Assembly (NCBI RefSeq): GCF_000011125.1
Contig: NC_000854.2
Coordinates: 840,001-872,000, forward strand
DNA length: 32,000 nucleotides
Direction of reading: 5' to 3'
Origin: Aeropyrum pernix K1
GTDB lineage: Archaea; Thermoproteota; Thermoprotei_A; Sulfolobales; Acidilobaceae
In this document: positions 26,358-32,000 of the stretch, one piece after another
Layout: the number at the start of each line of letters is the position of its first letter
Numbering within the stretch: the stretch's first letter is position 1
Notes under the pieces: model-generated
The model's database searches: none
Seen by the model: only the letters and a program-made list of their open reading frames with translations
Told to the model about the DNA's origin: nothing
Program-made: the position numbers and the translations under genes

Positions 26358-26688
26358 ATCTAATATCTACTATTCAAAACTTGAAAACTTAGCACAGTAA
26401 GGTCCTCGATCCCACCCAGCAGGCCAAAGACATCGTGCCTATAGGCCCATATCCCCGATTACAATATTAAACCAGGAAAAAGGACGCCCCTGTAATACCT
26501 GCTAGCGGGAATTGGGGGACAAATTTTCGTCAAGCCCTTCCTATCTCTACACTCTCTTCATGACGAGGGAAAAACGCTTTCACCCCGGGATTGGAGAAAC
26601 TAATTATCTAGCAGGGATGAAGCAAGTGGACCGGACCAGACCGGGTAGCGGGATGACGAGCAGGGCCTCTGCAGGACCGTCCTACCCC

Positions 26689-27333
26689 ATGTTTTACGAT
26701 AAAATCCATTTCTTAGGTAGTCCGGCGATTGTTGTAGAGCTCCTTGAAGACACGCCCTCCAGGTGGCTTTTAGAGGAGCTTTTGGAGTCTTACCTGTTCG
26801 CCGTCCAAATGGGGTACAGGTTTGCGGTGACTGGGGCAACGAATCCCCTAGTCTATGCGGCTGTTAGGAGGGCTGGGGTCCCGGTGTTTATGGAGAGGGG
26901 GTACAGCCTTAACAGGCCGGGCTGCATCCTCCTCGATCTATGGTCTCCAAAAAGGCTCGAGCCTGAGGAGGCCTCCAGTGCTAGCTACATAATAGTGGGG
27001 GGGATAATGGGTGACCACCCACCCAAGGGTAGGACATACCTCCTCTCATCCCAGGTGTATACGGCGTGTGCAAAAAGGAACCTCGGGCCAGAGCAGCTAA
27101 GTGTGGATGGAGCCGTGAAAACAGCTATACTAGTGGCGGAGGGCTATAGGCTAGATGAGATCGAGTTTGAAGAGGGGGTGGAGGTCGAGGTGGAGAGCCC
27201 CGTTAGAGGAGTGTCCGCTAGGGTAGAGCTACCGTATGCATACCCCAAGGTTGGCGGCAGGATTCTTGTGTCTCAGAGGCTTTTGAGCCTCCTTTCCAGG
27301 GGGATAATTTATGAGGAGGAGTATCTAGCCTGA
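26689..27333 (+). CDS. conserved archaeal protein, possibly DUF431-type SAM-dependent RNA methyltransferase (tentative)
   Basis: MFYDKIHFLGSPAIVVELLEDTPSRWLLEE... and IIVGGIMGDHPPKGRT resemble my recollection of the DUF431 family. Track ORF 26512.. adds 59 non-protein-like codons, and ATG 26689 (or 26653) fits family length better. Confidence 0.55.
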   Translation: MFYDKIHFLGSPAIVVELLEDTPSRWLLEELLESYLFAVQMGYRFAVTGATNPLVYAAVRRAGVPVFMERGYSLNRPGCILLDLWSPKRLEPEEASSASYIIVGGIMGDHPPKGRTYLLSSQVYTACAKRNLGPEQLSVDGAVKTAILVAEGYRLDEIEFEEGVEVEVESPVRGVSARVELPYAYPKVGGRILVSQRLLSLLSRGIIYEEEYLA

Positions 27334-27371
27334 GAAGCCTCCGGTCAAGGCCGCCTGTCATAGTATCCCTT

Positions 27372-28109
27372 TTACGGGGGCAGGTAGAGTATCCACGATC
27401 CCTTATCCTCGTCGAAGACCGCTATGCCCGCTCTGACCATCTCCCTGAATAGCCTTCCAGCCCTTTCACCCAGTTTCTCCGCTATTATCCTCTCAGCTGC
27501 AATACTGTCTGAAACGTCAAGCTCCTCGAGGATGCTTCTAAACCTCTCCCAATAGTTCTTGTCCACCGCGACATATTTTCCCTCGATATTGAGTACGACG
27601 GCCCCGCGCTTCTCTAGGGATGCGAAGAACCTCTGGGGGCTCCTTATCCACCCTGCTTCATCCTGGAAGAGGATGCCCTCCTCCCTAAGCCTCGCTATTG
27701 CATCGCCTCTATATTCACCCCTATCGTATTTCCTCTGCTCTCTCGCAGCGGGCCTGGGCTCCCTGTACTCCTGCGGCCCCCGGTCCAACTCATCCCTCCT
27801 CGCCAGCTCTAGGGTCTCAATCATCTCGATAATCCTGGAGAGTTTGAGGTTGATCTCGTCGATCTTACCTGTATAAGGGTTGAGAAGATCCATTATGCGG
27901 CGCTCTAGGCTTGCTAGTAGGCTCTTGAGCGCTTCGGGGGCAACGCCGCCGGCAGGGGCTTCACGCCCCTCGGCGTGCTGTGCCAGCACCCATCTAACAT
28001 AGTCGGTAACGCTGGCGAACCCATGCCTCCTAGCCTGTTCGCGTAGCCTCTCAAACTCTTCCTTGGTAAGCTTGATTTTTATATAATACTCCTCCACCGC
28101 CAGCCCCAT
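27372..28109 (-). CDS. ribbon-helix-helix (CopG/Arc-like) N-terminal domain protein with coiled-coil and C-terminal domain
   Basis: YIKIKLTKEEFERLREQARRHGFASVTDYVRWVL gives a beta strand plus two helices, the RHH pattern. A heptad-like segment (IDEINLKLSRIIEMIETLELARR), a charged linker and a roughly 110-aa C-terminal domain follow. Confidence 0.6.
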   Translation of the reverse strand: MGLAVEEYYIKIKLTKEEFERLREQARRHGFASVTDYVRWVLAQHAEGREAPAGGVAPEALKSLLASLERRIMDLLNPYTGKIDEINLKLSRIIEMIETLELARRDELDRGPQEYREPRPAAREQRKYDRGEYRGDAIARLREEGILFQDEAGWIRSPQRFFASLEKRGAVVLNIEGKYVAVDKNYWERFRSILEELDVSDSIAAERIIAEKLGERAGRLFREMVRAGIAVFDEDKGSWILYLPP

Positions 28110-28137
28110 TAATAGTTTTATATCGTCTCAGAGGTTT

Positions 28138-28863
28138 TTATTGAGCTTTGACGACGAGAGGTCCAGGGTTTATCTTGGACCGTATCTCGTGGAGGGCTTC
28201 GGCCGCCAAGGCGAGGCTGGCTCGTGCAGTTGGAGCGATGCCTATCCCCGCCTTTAAATCGCTTCTCACGAGAAGCATGTCAACAGTCTCTTTGACAGAC
28301 CCGTTCAAGGGGAGGACTGCTAGAATGTTATCTCCGCCTAGATACTGTGTTATTGCCCCAATCTTCTCCGCTACTTTTGAAATCTTCGCCATGAGATCCA
28401 TGACCTCGTAGTAGGTCCTCACAGGCCCCTCGGCCCTTGTTATAGCAGTTACATTGTTTAGATCGATATGGGCTATAGCGGTATACTCCTCCCCTTCACA
28501 CCGCTCATAGATGAGCCTCTCCTCCCTCCTCCTAAGCGCGTTCCAAGCTCTCTCAACCGCGTCCAGCGGTTTGACTCCGCAGTAGCTGGCCATCCTCACC
28601 TTGACCTTCGAGAGACCTGCTATAGCGTCGAGAACTCTCGCGTGCTCCTGAACGCCCATGTTTGAGGAGATGAGGAGCATAATATCATATCTTATCGGCA
28701 GTACGAAGCCCCCATACCCGGCGGCCTCCTTCTGGGCTGCCGCGTAGATGTCGCTCTGGAGCGTCTGTATTATCCATTCCCTATCGCTCCCAAGCTCCTC
28801 TGTCCACTCCCTGTATCCCACTTGCTCGACTACTGCAACCCTGACAGCCTTTTTCGCGTCCAA
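28138..28863 (-). CDS. arfA: GTP cyclohydrolase III (archaeal riboflavin/F420 pathway, MJ0145 family)
   Basis: VAVVEQVGYREWTEELGSDRE..LQS.IYA, AIAHIDLNNVT, YLGGDNILAV and LKAGIGIAPTA correspond to remembered MJ0145-family blocks (IQIDNYGPWT, IAHIDINN, GGDN, KAGIGIG). TTG start. Confidence 0.8.
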   Translation of the reverse strand: MDAKKAVRVAVVEQVGYREWTEELGSDREWIIQTLQSDIYAAAQKEAAGYGGFVLPIRYDIMLLISSNMGVQEHARVLDAIAGLSKVKVRMASYCGVKPLDAVERAWNALRRREERLIYERCEGEEYTAIAHIDLNNVTAITRAEGPVRTYYEVMDLMAKISKVAEKIGAITQYLGGDNILAVLPLNGSVKETVDMLLVRSDLKAGIGIAPTARASLALAAEALHEIRSKINPGPLVVKAQ

Positions 28864-28911
28864 AGCACCACCCCACGGCTGAGAGCATTTACCTTCGGCT
28901 TGACCTTCTGG

Positions 28912-29385
28912 TTAGCACTCGCCTGATAACTCCTTGGACCTTCTTGCGAGCTTCACAGCCGACTCAACGGCTCTTCTCGCATACTCCTCCGCCCTTTCTA
29001 TGGCCTCCAGCCTGCTCGCCCCAGGCCCTATTATGCCTAGTGTAACGGGCTTCCCATACTCAATGCTGAGATCGAGTAGCTTCCTCGCGGCCTGATGAGC
29101 CACCACTTCGTCGTGCTTCGTATCACCCTTGATGACGGCCCCTAGCACGGCCACAGCATCTACCTCGCTGTGGGTGGCAAGGAGCCTCGACACTATGAAG
29201 GGGGTGTCGAAAGTACCCGGCGATCTGGCCACCAGAGACACCTCAGCCCCGAGGAAGCGCGCATGGTCGATGGCCTTCTCCTCCATTACACGGGTTACAT
29301 CGTAGTTGAACTCTGACACCACAATAGCAATCCGAATCTTATCCCCGCAAGACACTGCTTCTAACCCAAAAACCCGAGAGCACAC
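28912..29385 (-). CDS. ribH: 6,7-dimethyl-8-ribityllumazine synthase
   Basis: [42 protein letters not shown] and VTLGIIGPG are RibH hallmarks. GTG 29385 lies 27 nt from a TATA-like box. An alternative GTG is at 29355. Confidence 0.9.
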   Translation of the reverse strand: MCSRVFGLEAVSCGDKIRIAIVVSEFNYDVTRVMEEKAIDHARFLGAEVSLVARSPGTFDTPFIVSRLLATHSEVDAVAVLGAVIKGDTKHDEVVAHQAARKLLDLSIEYGKPVTLGIIGPGASRLEAIERAEEYARRAVESAVKLARRSKELSGEC

Positions 29386-29407
29386 TAAACCGGAAATAGC
29401 TTAACAT

Positions 29408-29417
29408 CTATACTTAG
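29408..29417 (-). promoter_or_regulatory. TATA-like box for ribH
   Basis: The minus strand reads CTAAGTATAG, centred about 27 nt upstream of GTG 29385. Confidence 0.4.
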
Positions 29418-29429
29418 ATTAGATATGAT

Positions 29430-29518
29430 GGGGCCTGTGATGAGGCGTAGCAGGTCCGAAGCCCCCTTGTGGATGAGCTGTGGGGGCTTGTGTGGCTACC
29501 GCGCGGGCCAGAGGCCCC
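29430..29518. ncRNA. candidate structured RNA or regulatory element (three nested helices, box-C-like GUGAUGA); strand unresolved
   Basis: P1 is GGGGCCT (29430-29436) / AGGCCCC (29512-29518). P2 is GCGTAGC (29445-29451) / GCTAC-C-GC (29495-29502, one bulge). P3 is AAGCCCCC (29459-29466) / GGGGGCTT (29482-29489). It is a GC-rich island flanked by AT-rich sequence. Confidence 0.3.
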
Positions 29519-29626
29519 AGGCGCCTCCACCTCGGCCCTGAGCAGGCTACTGAAGTGTAGAATATTGCAGAATGAATTATCCAGACCATTATAACCTCCG
29601 GAAAATAGTTTAAATACGGGAGTTTT

Positions 29627-29634
29627 GGAGGTGA
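29627..29634 (+). promoter_or_regulatory. Shine-Dalgarno-like site for cdc48
   Basis: GGAGGTGA is an 8-nt complement to the conserved archaeal 16S 3' end (UCACCUCC) and lies 7 nt upstream of GTG 29642. Confidence 0.5.
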
Positions 29635-29641
29635 GGATGAA

Positions 29642-31822
29642 GTGGCCAACTCTAGTGTTGAGCTGAGGGTGAGTGAGGCCTATCCCAGGGATGTTGGGAG
29701 GAAGATAGTCCGTATAGACCGTCAGACAGCTGCTAGGCTCGGGGTTGAGGTCGGTGACTTCGTTAAAGTATCAAAGGGTGATAGGAGTGTGGTAGCGGTT
29801 GTCTGGCCTTTGAGGCCGGACGACGAGGGTAGAGGCATAATAAGGATGGACGGATATCTCAGGGCAGCCCTAGGAGTGACGGTGGGGGATACAGTCACTG
29901 TTGAGAAGGCTGAGAAGGTTGAGCCAGCATCGAAGGTTGTTCTCGCGCCTACAGAGCCTATTAGGTTTGGGAGAGACTTTGTGGAGTACGTTAAGGAGTT
30001 TCTCCTGAGGAAGCCTATTAGCAGGGGGGAGACCATAATCGTACCTGTTCTCGAAGGCCTTCCCCTGGTCGTCGTCTCCACCCAGCCAGCCCACTTCGTC
30101 TATGTGACGGAGGCTACCGAGGTTGAGATCAGGGAGAAGCCTGTTAGGGAAGAGATAGAGAGGCTGAGGGGTGTTCCCAAGGTAACGTGGGAGGATATAG
30201 GCGATCTCGAGGAGGCTAAGGAGAGGATTAGGGAGATAGTGGAGCTCCCTATGAAGCACCCCGAGATATTCAAACACCTGGGCATCGAGCCTCCGAAGGG
30301 TATTCTGCTGTATGGCCCGCCGGGCACCGGTAAGACGCTGCTGGCCAAGGCGTTGGCGAACGAGATTGGAGCCTACTTTATCTCCATCAACGGGCCGGAG
30401 ATTATGAGCAAGTATTACGGCGAGAGCGAGCAGCGGCTCAGGGAGATCTTTAAGGAGGCGGAGGAGAACGCCCCCAGCATTATCTTCATCGACGAGATTG
30501 ACGCGATAGCCCCGAAGAGGGAGGAGGTTACAGGGGAGGTTGAGAAGAGGGTTGTGGCACAGCTTCTCACACTCATGGATGGATTGAAGGAGAGGGGGAG
30601 GGTTATAGTCATAGGCGCGACGAACAGGCCTGACGCCATAGACCCGGCTCTGAGGAGGCCTGGAAGGTTCGACAGGGAGATTGAGATACGGCCTCCCGAT
30701 AAGAGGGCTAGAGCCGAGATTCTGAAGGTTCACACCCGGAACATGCCTCTCGCAGAGGACGTGGACCTTGACAAGCTAGCCGAGATGACCCATGGCTACA
30801 CAGGAGCGGATCTCGCCGCTCTGGCGAAGGAGGCGGCCATGGCGGCTTTGAGAAGGTTCATACGGGAGGGGAAGATCAATTTTGAGGCCAAGGAGATTCC
30901 GGCAACCGTCCTCAAGGAGCTGAAGGTGACGATGAAAGACTTCATGGAGGCTATGAAGATGATAAGGCCTACGCTTATAAGGGAGATCTACGTCGAGGTT
31001 CCCGAGGTTAGGTGGAGTGATATAGGCGGCCTCGAGGAGGCTAAACAGGCTCTTCGAGAAGCTGTTGAGTGGCCTCTGAAGCACCCCGAGATATTTGAGA
31101 AGATGGGTATTAGGCCTCCTAGGGGTGTTCTCTTGTTCGGGCCTCCGGGTACTGGTAAGACGCTTCTGGCCAAGGCTGTGGCTACTGAGAGTGGGGCGAA
31201 CTTCATAGCGGTGAGGGGCCCGGAGATACTCAGCAAGTGGGTAGGAGAAAGCGAAAGAGCTATTCGGAAGATCTTTGAGAGGGCCAGGCAGGCAGCCCCA
31301 GCCGTAGTGTTCTTCGACGAGATAGACGCCATAGCCCCTGCGAGGGGAGCTAGGTTCGACACCAGCGGTGTTACGGACAGAATTGTAAACCAAATGCTGG
31401 CTGAGATGGACGGGATACAGCCGCTCTCAAACGTCGTTGTCATAGGGGCGACGAACAGGCCTGACATACTGGACCCTGCACTACTGAGGCCAGGAAGGTT
31501 CGACAGGCTTATCTACGTGCCACCACCGGATAAGGAGGCTAGGAAGGAGATATTCAAGATACACACAAAAAAGGTGCCACTCGGAGAAGATGTTGACCTC
31601 GAGAAGCTCGCGGAGATGACGGAGGGCTACACAGGAGCCGATATAGAGGCGGTGGTTAGAGAGGCAGTTATGGCAAAACTTAGGGAGAAGCTAGAGGTCG
31701 GTAAAGTCGAAATGAGACACTTCCTAGAGGCGCTAAAGAAAGTGCCACCCAGTCTTACCAAGGAGGATATACTCCGGTATGAAAGGCTCGCAAAGGAGCT
31801 GAAGAAGCTGACGCTGGGATGA
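29642..31822 (+). CDS. cdc48: CDC48/VCP-like AAA+ ATPase (N domain plus tandem D1 and D2 AAA modules)
   Basis: Two Walker A motifs ([13 protein letters not shown] x2), two Walker B motifs ([18 protein letters not shown]), SRH segments ([18 protein letters not shown] x2) and an N-domain ([18 protein letters not shown]...GD.V). GTG start preceded by GGAGGTGA. Confidence 0.96.
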   Translation: MANSSVELRVSEAYPRDVGRKIVRIDRQTAARLGVEVGDFVKVSKGDRSVVAVVWPLRPDDEGRGIIRMDGYLRAALGVTVGDTVTVEKAEKVEPASKVVLAPTEPIRFGRDFVEYVKEFLLRKPISRGETIIVPVLEGLPLVVVSTQPAHFVYVTEATEVEIREKPVREEIERLRGVPKVTWEDIGDLEEAKERIREIVELPMKHPEIFKHLGIEPPKGILLYGPPGTGKTLLAKALANEIGAYFISINGPEIMSKYYGESEQRLREIFKEAEENAPSIIFIDEIDAIAPKREEVTGEVEKRVVAQLLTLMDGLKERGRVIVIGATNRPDAIDPALRRPGRFDREIEIRPPDKRARAEILKVHTRNMPLAEDVDLDKLAEMTHGYTGADLAALAKEAAMAALRRFIREGKINFEAKEIPATVLKELKVTMKDFMEAMKMIRPTLIREIYVEVPEVRWSDIGGLEEAKQALREAVEWPLKHPEIFEKMGIRPPRGVLLFGPPGTGKTLLAKAVATESGANFIAVRGPEILSKWVGESERAIRKIFERARQAAPAVVFFDEIDAIAPARGARFDTSGVTDRIVNQMLAEMDGIQPLSNVVVIGATNRPDILDPALLRPGRFDRLIYVPPPDKEARKEIFKIHTKKVPLGEDVDLEKLAEMTEGYTGADIEAVVREAVMAKLREKLEVGKVEMRHFLEALKKVPPSLTKEDILRYERLAKELKKLTLG

Positions 31823-31860
31823 CGCCCCCCAGAATTCGATCCACCCTCCCTATTCCTAAG

Positions 31861-31865
31861 TTTTT
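31861..31865 (+). terminator. oligo-T tract downstream of cdc48
   Basis: TTTTT lies about 40 nt after the stop. Archaeal termination commonly uses T-runs. Weak evidence only. Confidence 0.25.
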
Positions 31866-32000
31866 GTGATTAGCTCTCTTCCCCTCATGTAGCCCCAAGT
31901 CTTTGCGCTACATATTTTAGCAGACTGCGCATGACTCCATCCCCTCTTTATGGAGGCTAGAGGCCGGGGATTGTCTGACAGCTGTTTGTAGTGTGTGGCG

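Noticed and set aside
29430-29518. tRNA (possibly intron-containing) interpretation of the nested-helix element
   Set aside because: The 7-bp terminal stem is followed by A on the minus strand, which looked acceptor-like. However, I could place no D-arm, no T-arm (GTTCRANYC-like loop) and no 5-bp/7-nt anticodon arm or bulge-helix-bulge on either strand.
29425-29541. 38-codon plus-strand small ORF (MMGPVMRRSRSEAPLWMSCGGLCGYRAGQRPQAPPPRP) covering the structured element
   Set aside because: Its R/P/G-rich composition is typical of random GC-rich sequence and it has no SD. The region is better explained by base-paired structure. It is kept only as a remote possibility.
29386-29641. FMN (RFN) riboswitch upstream of ribH
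   Set aside because: I found none of the conserved RFN core segments I remember (for example AGGGCGGGG..., GGTGAAATTCC-like or CCGACAGT-like). The GC-rich element lies upstream of the ribH TATA box rather than in its 5' UTR, and FMN riboswitches are essentially bacterial.
29419-29649. 76-aa minus-strand ORF in the ribH-cdc48 spacer
   Set aside because: Its start codon overlaps the cdc48 start and SD region, it runs through the cdc48 promoter, and it has P/H/A-rich low-complexity composition.
29870-31467. Long antisense ORFs inside cdc48 (287 aa at 29870..30733, 205 aa at 30776..31393, 159 aa at 30988..31467)
   Set aside because: They are opposite a strongly conserved AAA+ gene, with P/R/L-rich composition and no motifs. 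Long stop-free antisense frames are expected in GC-rich coding DNA with AGG/GAG-rich codon usage.
1-32000. CRISPR arrays, IS elements/transposases, integrases, and rRNA or tRNA genes
   Set aside because: I read all intergenic regions on both strands. There were no regularly spaced direct repeats, no DDE or tyrosine-recombinase-like ORFs, and no cloverleaf-compatible sequences. This absence is by eye only and should be confirmed with tRNAscan-SE, Infernal and CRISPR finders.

Overview
High-GC, densely packed archaeal chromosome segment. It is almost certainly from a hyperthermophilic crenarchaeon: it encodes reverse gyrase, many forced TTG/GTG starts, AGG/ATA/CTC codon bias and TATA-box promoters. 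Aeropyrum-like is an inference and is not verified. I support 25 protein-coding genes. In order: a window-edge radical SAM gene (missing from the ORF track), hydantoinase/oxoprolinase A+B, an ABM monooxygenase-like protein, an M42 peptidase and a CrtI-family flavoprotein. Then two tandem membrane paralogs, reverse gyrase, a nitrilase-fold protein, an EamA transporter broken by one in-frame TAG and an AMP-forming acyl/acetyl-CoA synthetase. Then a 94-aa orphan, MoaC, a 1322-aa RecQ-like helicase, a Cys4/Pro-linker protein, a 7-TM protein and PadR. Finally an atypical SDR, a small NTase-like protein, a DUF431-like protein, an RHH protein, GTP cyclohydrolase III, lumazine synthase and CDC48. I saw no rRNA, tRNA, CRISPR array, transposase or integrase. 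The best candidates for something undescribed are: (a) the giant RecQ-like helicase with about 600 aa N-terminal and about 360 aa C-terminal unassignable regions; (b) reverse gyrase in a tight co-directional block with two membrane paralogs and a nitrilase-fold protein that has lost two catalytic residues; (c) the 22.6-28.1 kb run of poorly characterised genes of lower GC (Cys4 protein, 7TM, PadR, SDR lacking its Tyr/Lys, orphan NTase-like gene, RHH protein) with a repeat-rich 395-nt spacer; (d) a GC-rich nested-helix element with a perfect box-C-like GUGAUGA between ribH and cdc48. All functional calls rest on motifs read by eye. No database search was possible.
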